Shown piece by piece: positions 8,358 to 18,504 of a stretch of 64,000 bases of DNA. Source of the stretch: Bacillota bacterium (lineage in GTDB: Bacteria; Bacillota; Ch66; Ch109); NCBI GenBank assembly GCA_050952625.1, contig JBMNLH010000004.1:256001-320000 (forward strand), read 5' to 3'. A program made the position numbers and the translations under genes. The notes under the pieces are model-generated. The model saw nothing but the letters and a program-made list of their open reading frames with translations. It was not told the origin of the DNA and made no database searches. Positions within the stretch are counted from its first letter, which is position 1. Every line of letters starts with the position of its first letter.

Positions 8358-10124
8358 GTGAGTTATGTCGCCCTGTATCGGGAGTGGCGGCCCCAAAGTT
8401 TCCAAGAGGTGGTCGGACAAAGCCATATCACTAGGACCCTGCTTAATGCTTTAAAGCAGGAACGAGTTAGTCATGCTTATCTTTTTTGCGGACCGCGCGG
8501 TACCGGAAAGACGAGTGTGGCCAAAATATTGGCCAAAGCAGTTAATTGTTTAGATTCTCAAGCCGGCGAACCCTGCAATCAGTGTCTAAACTGCCAGTCG
8601 ATTACAGCCGGCAGCTCGCTGGATGTCCTGGAGATTGATGCTGCCTCTAACCGCGGGATAGATGAAATTCGAGAACTGCGGGAGCGAGTCCAATTTGTTC
8701 CGTCAGGCGGCCGTTTTCGAGTCTATATCATCGATGAAGTACATATGCTTACCACTGAGGCGTTTAATGCGCTATTAAAGACCCTGGAAGAGCCGCCGGG
8801 ACACGTTGTCTTTGTTTTGGCGACGACTGAAGCGCACAAAGTACCGACGACTATCCTTTCCCGATGCCAGCGTTTTGATTTTCACCGCATTGCTTTGGCT
8901 GATTTAGCCGAACGCTTACGGTTGGTAGCCGAAAAGCAAAACATTTCTATTTCTGAAGAGGCCCTAATGGCCATCGTTCGAACGGCTGAGGGCGGAATGC
9001 GTGATGCTTTAAGTCTCCTGGATCAATGTGCCGGTTTTGCTGATTCGGTGGTTAGTCTAGAGGATGTAAATCAGGTTCTTGGGACCGTCTCGGAGACGTT
9101 GCTCGCCCAAACGGTGGATGCTTTGGCGCAGAACGAACCGGCAACATTGCTCAGGCTGGTAGAAGAGGCGGTCAATCAAGGCAAAGATGTCCGTAAATTT
9201 GTGCGTGATTTAATCGGTTATTTGCGCGATCTGCTGTTAATCAGGCTGGGAGATCGAACAAGTCGGTTGGTAATCGTTTCCGAAACGAATCAAGAACGAT
9301 TGACCCTTCAGGCGAATCAATGGCCGACGGAGCGGCTTATCCAATTAATTCATCATTTCACTCGGGTTGAATCCGAAATGAAATGGGCCATTCAACCACG
9401 GTGGATGCTAGAAGCATCTTTGGTAGAAGCCGGGAGTGACTATGACTCTGATTCAATCGAGACCTTAAAACACCGGGTAGAGTTGTTGGAGAAGCATTTG
9501 GAACAATTGATCGGACCAGGCAAGCAAGTCGGCGATCAGGCGGTCCGGACTAACCCAGTCGTGGAAAAGAACAGAGCAGCGTCTAGCTTAAAGACGATCA
9601 GTGAGGGGGTGCCGGGAACTGCTCCGGAAAAGCCCAAGCAAAGCAAACTGTTAACCCAGCCGGTCCAACAAAGGGAGATTGCAGAACAATTGCCCCCAGA
9701 GCCATCAGATATAAAACCCCTGGCCGAGAAGCAGTCAACTGGTGAACTAAATCTTACTCTTATCCAAGCGCAATGGAAACAGTTCATGGAGGCCCTGCGG
9801 AAGCGCAGTATTTCCCTGCATGCTTTGGTGCTTGAGGCGGAACCAACCGACTGGCTTGAGGGGACTTTGGGACTTTCTTTTCGAAAAGGGTGCAATTTTC
9901 ACCGGCAAAAGGTAGAGGAAACTGCTAATAAAACCACAGTGGAGGAGGTTCTGAGTCAGGTATTTCAGCAGCCCTTGCGCATCCGCTGCAGTATGCAGGA
10001 CTCAGATGAGCCTAATCAAAAGACTGACTCCCAAAACCTGTCCGAACCGGATGATCCCTGGCAGGACCCTCTAGTTCAGGGAGCAGCTGAAATTTTTGGA
10101 GCTGACCGAATCAAAATTAAATAG
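8358..10124 (+). CDS. dnaX: DNA polymerase III subunit gamma/tau
   Basis: ALYREWRPQSF, GPRGTGKT, EIDAASNRG, IDEVHML, SRC motifs. Confidence 0.97.
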   Translation: MSYVALYREWRPQSFQEVVGQSHITRTLLNALKQERVSHAYLFCGPRGTGKTSVAKILAKAVNCLDSQAGEPCNQCLNCQSITAGSSLDVLEIDAASNRGIDEIRELRERVQFVPSGGRFRVYIIDEVHMLTTEAFNALLKTLEEPPGHVVFVLATTEAHKVPTTILSRCQRFDFHRIALADLAERLRLVAEKQNISISEEALMAIVRTAEGGMRDALSLLDQCAGFADSVVSLEDVNQVLGTVSETLLAQTVDALAQNEPATLLRLVEEAVNQGKDVRKFVRDLIGYLRDLLLIRLGDRTSRLVIVSETNQERLTLQANQWPTERLIQLIHHFTRVESEMKWAIQPRWMLEASLVEAGSDYDSDSIETLKHRVELLEKHLEQLIGPGKQVGDQAVRTNPVVEKNRAASSLKTISEGVPGTAPEKPKQSKLLTQPVQQREIAEQLPPEPSDIKPLAEKQSTGELNLTLIQAQWKQFMEALRKRSISLHALVLEAEPTDWLEGTLGLSFRKGCNFHRQKVEETANKTTVEEVLSQVFQQPLRIRCSMQDSDEPNQKTDSQNLSEPDDPWQDPLVQGAAEIFGADRIKIK

Positions 10125-10197
10125 TCAGTCACAGAAGAAATCTAATCAGCCATAAGAGAAGTCGAGCCCTAATCTACTATAAAAAGGAGATGGAATT

Positions 10198-10515
10198 ATG
10201 AAATTTGGCGACATGGGTAAAATGATGAAACAGGTGCAAAAGATGCAGGCGGATATGGCCAAAATGCAAGAAGACCTTAAGGAAATGACAGTTGAAGCGA
10301 CTGCTGGCGGGGGCGTTGTTCGAGTGGTTGCTACAGGGAAGCAGGAGATCAGGGAAATTAAGATTGATCCTGAAGTAGTAAACGCCGAAGATGTTGAAAT
10401 GCTCGAAGACTTAGTCCTGGCCGCGGTTAACGAAGCCCTGCGTAAATCAACCGAACTTCAGGCAGAGGAAATGGCGAAAATTACCGGGGGCATAAAGATC
10501 CCGGGTCTGTTCTAA
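10198..10515 (+). CDS. ybaB: YbaB/EbfC nucleoid-associated protein
   Basis: MMKQVQKMQ...GGGVV...EMLEDLVLAAVNEA; between dnaX and recR. Confidence 0.95.
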   Translation: MKFGDMGKMMKQVQKMQADMAKMQEDLKEMTVEATAGGGVVRVVATGKQEIREIKIDPEVVNAEDVEMLEDLVLAAVNEALRKSTELQAEEMAKITGGIKIPGLF

Positions 10516-10544
10516 CGCGGATAGACTATATTAGGTTGCTGCAC

Positions 10545-10697
10545 AACCACTAATGAGCATAGCGGACCTATGTCATCCTGAACGTTAGCGCAGGATCCTG
10601 CTTTTCAGCGTGGGAAGGATTCTTCGCTTCGCTCAGAATTATCATGCGTTGACCGCACCATGATAAACGAATAAATGGTTATATTCAGAGCAATGAC
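10545..10697 (+). repeat. Repeat family R2 copy (TGTC-type REP-like composite)
   Basis: About 150 bp match to reverse complement of 62401-62550; core GATTCTTCGCTTCGCTCAGAAT shared with 26044-26065. Confidence 0.75.
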
Positions 10698-10775
10698 ACG
10701 ATACTAAAAAATTATCTGTTTAAATTAAACTAACCGGGACAGTTAACCTGTCCCGTGTTCCTTGAGAGGTCAGGT

Positions 10776-11375
10776 ATGTCTTATTTTGCAGGGCCAATCG
10801 CTTATCTGATTAATGAGTTGCACAAACTGCCGGGAATTGGGCCGAAGTCGGCCCAGCGGCTGGCTTTTTATATTTTGCAGCTGCCGGTTGACGAAGCCCG
10901 TCGATTAGCTGAGGCTATTTTGATGGCCCGGGAAAAGGTGAGTTATTGCTCAATCTGCTATAACCTGACTGATCGCGACCCCTGCCTTATCTGTCAGGAT
11001 GAAGCCCGAGATTCTTCGTTGTTGTGTGTCGTGGAACAGCCCCGCGATATCACGGCGATTGAGAAAACGCGGGGGTACCGCGGGCTTTATCATGTGTTGC
11101 AAGGGGCGATTTCTCCGATGGATGGGATCGGCCCCGAGCAATTGCGGATTCGGGAATTGCTCAATCGAATAAATCAGGGGCAGGTCAAGGAGGTTATTTT
11201 AGGAACAAACCTCAACACAGAGGGCGACGTTACCGCCATGTATCTTGCCCGGTTATTGAAACCACTGGGCATACGGGTAACCCGTTTAGCTCACGGACTG
11301 CCAGTCGGCGGTGATTTGGAGTATGCTGATGAATTGACTTTGGGAAAATCCCTCGAAGGTCGTCGGGAAATGTAA
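10776..11375 (+). CDS. recR: Recombination mediator RecR
   Basis: LPGIGPKSAQRLAF, C4 zinc finger, YHVLQG, GLPVGGDLEYADE. Confidence 0.97.
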   Translation: MSYFAGPIAYLINELHKLPGIGPKSAQRLAFYILQLPVDEARRLAEAILMAREKVSYCSICYNLTDRDPCLICQDEARDSSLLCVVEQPRDITAIEKTRGYRGLYHVLQGAISPMDGIGPEQLRIRELLNRINQGQVKEVILGTNLNTEGDVTAMYLARLLKPLGIRVTRLAHGLPVGGDLEYADELTLGKSLEGRREM

Positions 11376-11455
11376 AAAAATACGCTACCGTTCTAATTTC
11401 TCTTTTCCAAACGTATACATTTTATGGAATAGTTTGGGAAAGGGAGGACGACGGG

Positions 11456-11806
11456 GTGAGGCTGAAAGAATATGCCCAAAGGCTTACGAATTTAATAACC
11501 ACCAAGTTTTGTTGCTGGAAAAAGGAAAAACTCAGTCAGGTGTTTAGAAACAGAAAAACTTATGATAGTAATAGTGATCGGGAAGAATATCTCCGGCTTA
11601 TCTGGGAGGCGCATCAGGATTGGGTCCAAGCGTATCATCTGCTTGACTCGGTAGTTGAATCAGAAAGAGTGGAGTACGCGATCCAATTTCTAAACGCAGC
11701 GGAAAACCGCTACCAGTATTTGTTAAAATGGGCGCGGCTTAATCAGGTAACCGCATTTGATCCCAACTTACTCCAGGGGGTGGAAACCGATGCTTCCGTA
11801 TGTTGA
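11456..11806 (+). CDS. yaaL: YaaL/DUF2508 family protein
   Basis: EYAIQFLNAAENRYQYLLK motif; position recR-yaaL-bofA. Confidence 0.75.
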   Translation: MRLKEYAQRLTNLITTKFCCWKKEKLSQVFRNRKTYDSNSDREEYLRLIWEAHQDWVQAYHLLDSVVESERVEYAIQFLNAAENRYQYLLKWARLNQVTAFDPNLLQGVETDASVC

Positions 11807-12056
11807 TATTGCCATCGCGGCAATATTTGCCTTGTTTTTAATCGTTTTGCTAGGTCGGGCGATATTTACCCCGTTGCGGTGGTTTTTTAAACTGCTCATT
11901 AACTCGGCGGTTGGGTTGTTTTTGTTATTATTGGTTAATTTTGTCGGGAGTCCATTTGGATTTGGCTTACCAATAAATCTGGTTAGTGTTTTAGTAGCGG
12001 GTTTTCTCGGCCTTCCTGGAGTTTTATTATTATTAGTTCTCAGCTTCTTGAGGTAA
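11790..12056 (+). CDS. bofA: Pro-sigma-K processing inhibitor BofA
   Basis: Small hydrophobic protein with LLINSAVG...PIN...GFLGLPGV motif. Confidence 0.88.
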   Translation: MLPYVDIAIAAIFALFLIVLLGRAIFTPLRWFFKLLINSAVGLFLLLLVNFVGSPFGFGLPINLVSVLVAGFLGLPGVLLLLVLSFLR

Positions 12057-12205
12057 TTATTTTCTAATGGCTTGTGTCTTTAAGCTCAAAATCTAGATTA
12101 ATATTGTATCAAGAATACTGTACCTGGAATAATGCGCCGTAAAGTGCATATATTTTTAGAACTTTCGAACTTAGGACGGTATTTCGCCCTATATAACCGT
12201 TTTGC

Positions 12206-12982
12206 TTGACGAATCTGGACCGCTTCAGTATACTAGTAGGAAGCGCAGAGAGAGGAAGGTTAGAAAGGATCGGAAGGGTGAATACCATAGATCAAAATAA
12301 AGCAGAAGACTTGCCTGGCAACCGTATTATTGAAGCTTATGTAGGCGAATATGCCAGCGGAAAAAGCGAAAATGCGGTTAATCGAGCGCTTGATCTGGCA
12401 GATAAAGGCAGGAAAGTGACTCTGGTTGATCTGGATACGGTAGAACCTTGCTATACCTTAAGGCCCCTGAAAGGCCCCCTGTCGGAACTGGGGATCGACG
12501 TAATTGCTTGGGAAACTAAACAATTGATCGGCCTTGGTGAAGCGGGGATGGTTTTGCATCCCCATATTCCTTTAGTTTTGCATCGTCAGGGGGACATAAT
12601 TCTTGATGTTGGTTATGGGGTTGGTGGAGCCAGGACCCTCAATTTAGTTGAGGGAGCTCAGACCAGTCAGGACCTGCGAGTACTGGTAGTAATCAACGTC
12701 TCGCGACCAATGACTAGTACGCTTGAGGATATTGTGGAGTATATTCGGGGGATTGGTAGGGTTGATGGTATAATCAACAATTCCCATCTGGGAACAGAAA
12801 CTGATCTGGAGATAATTCAGAGAGGGGTTTATTTGGTTACTGAGGCCGCTCATAAGCTGGGTCTTCCAGTTGAAGCTACGGTGGTCGAAGAAAGATGGCG
12901 AGAAGTGATCGGACCGATTGATTGTCTGGGTAATCCGGTTCGATTTCTTAGAAAACGATTTATGGCCGATAGTTTCTGGTAA
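12206..12982 (+). CDS. P-loop ATP-binding protein associated with 2-oxoacid oxidoreductase clusters
   Basis: GEYASGKSE Walker A-like, VDLD, ILDVG, INNSHLG; true start may be further downstream. Confidence 0.6.
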   Translation: MTNLDRFSILVGSAERGRLERIGRVNTIDQNKAEDLPGNRIIEAYVGEYASGKSENAVNRALDLADKGRKVTLVDLDTVEPCYTLRPLKGPLSELGIDVIAWETKQLIGLGEAGMVLHPHIPLVLHRQGDIILDVGYGVGGARTLNLVEGAQTSQDLRVLVVINVSRPMTSTLEDIVEYIRGIGRVDGIINNSHLGTETDLEIIQRGVYLVTEAAHKLGLPVEATVVEERWREVIGPIDCLGNPVRFLRKRFMADSFW

Positions 12983-13003
12983 ATAGATAGGAGGTGCCAA
13001 TAT

Positions 13004-14089
13004 TTGGCCAGCGTTATTGATGCAGAAAAAAAGGTCTATATAACCGGTAATGAGGCTGCGGCTTGGGCAGCTTTAGCGGCCGGGGCAGATATTATGTTTG
13101 GTTATCCGATTACTCCACAGAATGAGATTATGCATTACTGGACGCGTTTAGCCCCTAAACATAATCGAAAGTTTTTGCAAACCGAAGATGAGATTTCGGC
13201 TGGATTTACCACCTGCGGTGCTCTCCAGGCCGGACGGAAAGCCTTTACCGCCACCGCCGGTCCGGGGAATGTGCTGATGCAAGAACCTTTCGGCATGGCC
13301 GAAGGGATGCGGTTGCCTTTTGTCGCGATCATTCAGCAGCGGGGAGGCCCATCTTCCGGCACTGTCGTCTATTCCCAACAGGAAGTCAACTTGACAACTT
13401 ATGGTGGGAATGGTGAAGGTCACCGGATTGTTTATTCGACCGCTTGTCATCAGGAAATATACGATTATGTGATTAAGGCTTTTAATGTCGCCTGGAAATA
13501 TCGTTTCCCCACTTTTGTGTTAGGTGATGGTTATCAAGCCAAGATGCGCGAACCAATGGTCATGTATGATCCGGCCTCCCGAGGGATAGAAATGGTTCCG
13601 GCCCAAAGCCTGGTGGGACTGCCCGGCGAAATCGGGGTTGACCGGGAAAGTGTGCACCTGTGCAATATTTATAGCCTGGAAGAAGAACTGTATGACGTTC
13701 TGCAAAAGCTAGAAGCTGATTACAATAAAATTATCCCGGAAGTAATCGAATACGATGCCAAATTCTGTGATGATGCTGAAATAATTATCATATCCCATGG
13801 CGTGGTTTCCCGGGCTGCTTGGGATGCGGTGAAGATGTTACGCGATCAAGGCGTTCGGGCTGGTTATTTCCGACCAATTACCTTACGGCCTTTCCCGCAG
13901 GAAGCCTTGAAAAAAGCAGCGGCTTCAGCGCGGAAGATACTAGTGGTTGAATCAGCGGTGAACCAGTTGCAGCGTTTAGTAAAGGAGAATATCTATGGCC
14001 TCACTCTAGGCATCGAATCTCTGGCTAAACCTGGAGTAGGCATTGATGCTGATGAGATCGTCGCCCGGTATAAAGAGATTCAGGGGTAA
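13004..14089 (+). CDS. 2-oxoacid:ferredoxin oxidoreductase alpha subunit
   Basis: TGNEA, GYPITPQNE, QTEDEISA, QRGGPSSG. Confidence 0.9.
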   Translation: MASVIDAEKKVYITGNEAAAWAALAAGADIMFGYPITPQNEIMHYWTRLAPKHNRKFLQTEDEISAGFTTCGALQAGRKAFTATAGPGNVLMQEPFGMAEGMRLPFVAIIQQRGGPSSGTVVYSQQEVNLTTYGGNGEGHRIVYSTACHQEIYDYVIKAFNVAWKYRFPTFVLGDGYQAKMREPMVMYDPASRGIEMVPAQSLVGLPGEIGVDRESVHLCNIYSLEEELYDVLQKLEADYNKIIPEVIEYDAKFCDDAEIIIISHGVVSRAAWDAVKMLRDQGVRAGYFRPITLRPFPQEALKKAAASARKILVVESAVNQLQRLVKENIYGLTLGIESLAKPGVGIDADEIVARYKEIQG

Positions 14090-14341
14090 CCATCCCTGAC
14101 TCCTATTGATAATACCCTAAGCTCCACTTAATGACCTTGGCATTTCCTGTTTTCTGTTCTGAGTATTATTTCCCCTAATCGGATCTAAATATGTCCAAGA
14201 TCTGCGCCTGAAATAATAAAACTAGATACCTGGTGTTGTGTTTTTTATATTGTGTTTTCTTTTATCGTGTTTCTGTATCTTACTTTCTTACTATATCATA
14301 TCAAATAATCTAACCAGTTATTCAGAGAGGAGGGCTGATAA

Positions 14342-15106
14342 GTGTCAGCCACACAACCTATATTACAGCCCAAGATGCCCAAATCTTGGTATAAGGCGAA
14401 TAAGCCGCATCTTTTTTGTCCCGGTTGTGGCCATGGAATGGTTTTGAAAGCTCTAGGTGAAGCGATTGACGAGCTAGGGATTCAGAGCAAGACTGTTTTT
14501 GGCTGCGATATTGGATGCTCCCTGCTGGCTTGGAATTTCTTGGACGTAGATTCGACGCAAACCCACCATGGTCGGACCACACCGGTAATGGTCGGTTTAA
14601 AACGAGCTAACCCGGAGTTAGTCACCGTGGCCTATATGGGTGATGGCGGGGGTTATGCTATTGGTTCCCAACATACCGTCAATGCGGCGATTCGTAATGA
14701 AAAGATTACCGTTATTTTAGTTAATAATACTAACTATGGCATGACCGGCGGTCAAATGGCTCCAACCACTCTGCCTGGTCAGAAGACCGAAACTACTCCC
14801 TTTGGACGAGACCCGGAGGAGACCGGCTATCCCACCCGGGGACCGGAAATGATCGCTGCGATTGCTCCGGAAGGAGCTTACGTCGCCAGAGGTACAGTCG
14901 CCAATTTGCGGCAGCTCAAGGGTTATATTAAGAAAGCCTTAGAGAATCAAATGGCCGGCCGCGGTTTCTCCTTCGTTGAAGCCCTTTCGCTTTGCCCGAC
15001 TAACTGGCGGACTAACGCCAAGGATACCTGGGCATTTTTAGAGGGGAAAATGACCCAGTATTTCCCAGTGGGAGAGCTAAGAGTTCCAAAGCAGAAGGAG
15101 GAATAA
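14342..15106 (+). CDS. 2-oxoacid:ferredoxin oxidoreductase beta (TPP-binding) subunit
   Basis: FCPGCGHG, DIGCS, GDGG...NN..YGMTGGQ, CPTNW. Confidence 0.92.
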   Translation: MSATQPILQPKMPKSWYKANKPHLFCPGCGHGMVLKALGEAIDELGIQSKTVFGCDIGCSLLAWNFLDVDSTQTHHGRTTPVMVGLKRANPELVTVAYMGDGGGYAIGSQHTVNAAIRNEKITVILVNNTNYGMTGGQMAPTTLPGQKTETTPFGRDPEETGYPTRGPEMIAAIAPEGAYVARGTVANLRQLKGYIKKALENQMAGRGFSFVEALSLCPTNWRTNAKDTWAFLEGKMTQYFPVGELRVPKQKEE

Positions 15107-15108
15107 AA

Positions 15109-15672
15109 GTGGGTAAGGTGGTTAGAATTGCCCTGGCCGGGGAAGGTGGCCAAGGGGTTCAATCAATCGCGGAAATATTAACTGAAGCGGCTTTTAGTGA
15201 AGGTAAGGAAACTCTTTACTGTCCTAACTTCGGATTGGAACAAAGAGGCGGAGTTTCCATTGCGTTTGTCCAGATCGGAGAAGAGCGGATTGGCTCGCCA
15301 AAATTCAAAACCGGCGATATCGTTATTGCTCTGAGTGGTCGGGCAATCCGTCGAGCCCAGCAGTATGTTGGCCCGGAGACTATCTTTGTGTATGATACAT
15401 CTATTGAAGGAGCAGAAGAGTGCTTGCCCCAAAATGCCGGCCGAATTATGGCTATTCCCGCCATTCAACGATCACGCGAAGAACTGCACCCCCGGGTTTT
15501 CAATATTGTAATCATGGGCGCAGTCATTGGGGCCACCCATGTGGTCACCATCGAACAGGCCAAAGAAGCATTAGAAGCCAAGCTGGGAGGTAAGTTTAAA
15601 CAAAATCCGGCTTTGCGTGAGATGAATTTTAAGGCTCTGGAGATTGGTGCGGAAATGGTAAAAACAAACTAG
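15109..15672 (+). CDS. 2-oxoacid:ferredoxin oxidoreductase gamma subunit
   Basis: AGEGGQGV, FGLEQRGG, NIVIMGA. Confidence 0.9.
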   Translation: MGKVVRIALAGEGGQGVQSIAEILTEAAFSEGKETLYCPNFGLEQRGGVSIAFVQIGEERIGSPKFKTGDIVIALSGRAIRRAQQYVGPETIFVYDTSIEGAEECLPQNAGRIMAIPAIQRSREELHPRVFNIVIMGAVIGATHVVTIEQAKEALEAKLGGKFKQNPALREMNFKALEIGAEMVKTN

Positions 15673-15747
15673 GCAGTTATCGAGATTTTAAAGCGACCAA
15701 ACCGGATTAAGGAAACATTAGATGAAACCGGAAGGAGAGTTGGCCAG

Positions 15748-16002
15748 GTGACTACGCCGGAAAAAGTATTAACCGTGGATGTGCCGCGTGGGAGGTTTAA
15801 CCTGTTTACCTCCCTGTGTAAAGGATGTGGTCTCTGCAAAGAAAAATGTCCCAAAGAATGCCTGATCTGGGCTGAAGATCTGGGGGCTTACGGTACCCCG
15901 GCGGTAATCCCGGATGATCCGCAAAAATGTATTGCCTGTGGGATTTGCGAGCAGGTTTGTCCTGACTGTGCAATTCTCATTGAAAAGAAAAAGGCGAAGT
16001 AA
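15748..16002 (+). CDS. 2[4Fe-4S] ferredoxin, oxidoreductase delta subunit
   Basis: CKGCGLCKEKCP and CIACGICEQVCPD. Confidence 0.9.
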   Translation: MTTPEKVLTVDVPRGRFNLFTSLCKGCGLCKEKCPKECLIWAEDLGAYGTPAVIPDDPQKCIACGICEQVCPDCAILIEKKKAK

Positions 16003-16080
16003 GCATGGCAGAAAAACAGCAGCAGAGACTCGTCCATCAAGGCCTTTCCGAAAGAGGGAAGGCCTTATTATTGTTGCGCT

Positions 16081-16311
16081 TGTATTTTAACTGAGGTTAG
16101 CAGGCTTGACTGGGAACGAACTTCGTCGGCTTCGGGCCGGCATCAAACTCGCCTTTCGGGCTCAAACAGTGATGCCTGCTGATCCTCAGCCGCCTCTGTT
16201 CCCTGATGTAAATCGCCAATCGCTGACCGCAGTTAAAACACGGCGCGACTGGTTTTTTGTTCTTTGGCACTTGTTTTTAACTCGGTCAGCCAGCTAGACT
16301 GGGAACGAACC
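16081..16311 (+). repeat. Repeat family R3 (MITE-like, about 170 bp) plus start of a second unit
   Basis: Near-identical to reverse complement of 20797-20966; terminal IR TTTTAAC..GGTCAGC / GCTGACC..GTTAAAACA. Confidence 0.8.
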
Positions 16312-16383
16312 TCATGTAAAACTATGACCGAACATAATGGGAGGTCTGTGCTATAATAAGGGCAAGAAGGGAGAGGTCAACGG

Positions 16384-16908
16384 GTGAAGAAGTTCCGAAA
16401 TCGAATTTTGGAAGCCGGCGTGGATTTTCAGGCCTGCTATCAGTGCGGTAAGTGTACGGCTGGCTGCCCGGTGGCCTTCGCGATGGATTATGGCCCGCGG
16501 CAGATTGTTCGATTTCTGCAGCTAGGGATGTGGGAAGAGGCGTTTAGCTCCCATAGTATCTGGTTGTGTACGGCTTGTGACACTTGTTCTACGCGCTGTC
16601 CCCGGGGGGTAAATCCCGCTCAGATGATGGACTGGCTGCGCGTAGAGGCCGGTCGGCAAGGGATGGTGGCTGAGCCAAAGGTAAAAATTTTTAATGATAC
16701 TTTCTTAAAGCTAGTTGAAAAGTACGGTCGGGTACCAGAAGGCGAGTTAGTGATCCGATATAACTTCCGTTCCGGACAAGTCTTTAAAGATGCCCGTCTC
16801 GGGCCGGCGATGCTGCGTCGGGGAAAACTGCATTTAATTCCCCGCCGAATTCGAGGAATCGGCTCTCTGCGTCAGGTGTTTAAACGGGTCAAACCGGTCA
16901 ATCGCTAG
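16384..16908 (+). CDS. hdrC: Heterodisulfide reductase subunit C-like 4Fe-4S protein
   Basis: CYQCGKCTAGCP and CTACDTCSTRCP. Confidence 0.85.
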   Translation: MKKFRNRILEAGVDFQACYQCGKCTAGCPVAFAMDYGPRQIVRFLQLGMWEEAFSSHSIWLCTACDTCSTRCPRGVNPAQMMDWLRVEAGRQGMVAEPKVKIFNDTFLKLVEKYGRVPEGELVIRYNFRSGQVFKDARLGPAMLRRGKLHLIPRRIRGIGSLRQVFKRVKPVNR

Positions 16909-16933
16909 GTTGCGAGGATAGTTGATGCATATG

Positions 16934-17082
16934 GTTTGCTCGGTCAGCAGACTAGGCTAGGAATGAATCTCGTCGGCTTCTGACAGGTCAAAACTGACCC
17001 TGTGGGTCAAACAATGATGCTAATTCTCAGCAACCTCGTTCTCGATCACCGACCATCAATCGCTGGCCTTGAAAACACGGCG
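16934..17082 (+). repeat. Degenerate R3 copy between hdrC and hdrB
   Basis: Shares CTCGGTCAGCA, TCGTCGGCTTC, TCAAACA-TGATGC, AATCGCTG, AAAACACGGCG blocks with 16081-16247. Confidence 0.6.
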
Positions 17083-17160
17083 TATAAGCGTATATTTGTT
17101 ATTATTACCGACGGTGCCGTTTGGCGGTATGAAGGTCAACAGAAGGGATTAGAAAAGTAG

Positions 17161-18027
17161 ATGAAATTTGCCTATTTTCCCGGTTGCTCTCTTAATACTA
17201 CTGGTCTGGAGTACGGCTGGTCAACCCGAGCCGTCGCTACTGCTCTGGACATTACCCTCCAGGAGATACCGGACTGGAACTGTTGTGGGGCGAGTTCGGC
17301 TCATTGTACAGATGACTGGCTTTCTTTAGTCCTTCCAGCCCGAAACCTAGCTTTAGCGGAACAAATGGGTTTAGATGTGGTCGCGCCCTGCGCCGGGTGC
17401 TTTAGCCGGTTGCGCGCGGCAGAATCGGTTATTCGTCAACCGGACCGGCGGGCCGAGCTCCAAGAGGCTTTAGGGATGCCTTTAAACGGGGAAGTTAAGA
17501 CCTGCAGTTTGTTAGATCTCCTGGCCAACCGAGTAGGCATCCCGGCAATTCAGAACAAAGTAGTTAAACCATTAACCGGACTTCGCCTTGTTTGCTATTA
17601 TGGTTGTCTCCTGGTTCGTCCGCCGGGGATAACCGGTTTTGATGACCCGGAAAACCCGCAGTCCATGGATCAACTGATGAAAGCCTTAGGGGCAGCCGTT
17701 TTAGACTGGCCGTGTAAAACGGAGTGCTGCGGGGGAAATCTGGCAACACCGCGAACTGACTTGACCCTTCAGATTTCAGGCAATCTATTGAAAACAGTCT
17801 ATGCAGCCGGAGCTGAGGCAGTGGTAACTGCCTGCCCGTTATGCATGATTAATCTGGATGCCCGGCAAAAGGAAATGACGAAACGATTTGGCCGGTTGTT
17901 TCAGGTGCCTGTTTTTTACTTTACCGAACTCATCGGTTTAAGTATGGGGTTTGCTCCTGAAACCTTGGGCTTAAACCGCCATTTTACAGACACTCTGTCC
18001 TTATTAAGCGGACAGGCTCTAATATAA
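17161..18027 (+). CDS. hdrB: Heterodisulfide reductase subunit B-like (CCG domains)
   Basis: YFPGCSL, WNCCGA, YYGCLL, ECCGG, TACPLC. Confidence 0.88.
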   Translation: MKFAYFPGCSLNTTGLEYGWSTRAVATALDITLQEIPDWNCCGASSAHCTDDWLSLVLPARNLALAEQMGLDVVAPCAGCFSRLRAAESVIRQPDRRAELQEALGMPLNGEVKTCSLLDLLANRVGIPAIQNKVVKPLTGLRLVCYYGCLLVRPPGITGFDDPENPQSMDQLMKALGAAVLDWPCKTECCGGNLATPRTDLTLQISGNLLKTVYAAGAEAVVTACPLCMINLDARQKEMTKRFGRLFQVPVFYFTELIGLSMGFAPETLGLNRHFTDTLSLLSGQALI

Positions 18028-18060
18028 AATAATTATTTCCAGCAAGAATTAAGCCGCAAA

Positions 18061-18090
18061 GTAGAGCCATTTAGATTTTGGGGCATACTA
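18061..18090 (+). promoter_or_regulatory. Sigma-F-like promoter of csfB
   Basis: GTAGA-N15-GGGCATACTA versus consensus GYATA-N15-GGnnAnAHTR. Confidence 0.55.
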
Positions 18091-18130
18091 TAGTAGTAGG
18101 ATACCCGGGTTAATAAGGGATGGTGGTAAT

Positions 18131-18361
18131 ATGGCTAATCTGAGTCAAGATAGCAATCTTCTTCCCCAGTGCCTGATTTGTGGGCAAACCCCTGACCAGG
18201 GGATTATTGGTGGTGTCTTGATCCGGAAACACTTTCTTTGTGATGCCTGTCAGGAGAGAATTCTGGAAACGTCGATTGAGGAACCTTTTTACCAGCAAAT
18301 GAAAGAAGGGCTAAAAGAACTGTGGACTACCCCACTTAGGGTTAAAACGGCGGAAGGGTAG
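18131..18361 (+). CDS. csfB: Anti-sigma-G factor CsfB/Gin
   Basis: CLICG...G...FLCDACQERI...FY; upstream of yaaO. Confidence 0.8.
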   Translation: MANLSQDSNLLPQCLICGQTPDQGIIGGVLIRKHFLCDACQERILETSIEEPFYQQMKEGLKELWTTPLRVKTAEG

Positions 18362-18504
18362 TTTAAGGCTGAGATAATGAGATATATGGATACTATATAA
18401 GGAAGGGCAGCTTGGCTAGCCCTTTTTTGAATTATATGGTACACTGGGAGCAAAAAGTTGGGTAAGCAGCTTTCTTTAACGTTAACCACTAAGGGAGTAC
18501 GGCG

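Noticed and set aside
8358-10124. Programmed frameshift signal in dnaX
   Set aside because: No AAAAAAG slippery site with stimulatory hairpin or long A run identified by eye
16106-16297. 63-aa ORF
   Set aside because: Entirely inside repeat R3
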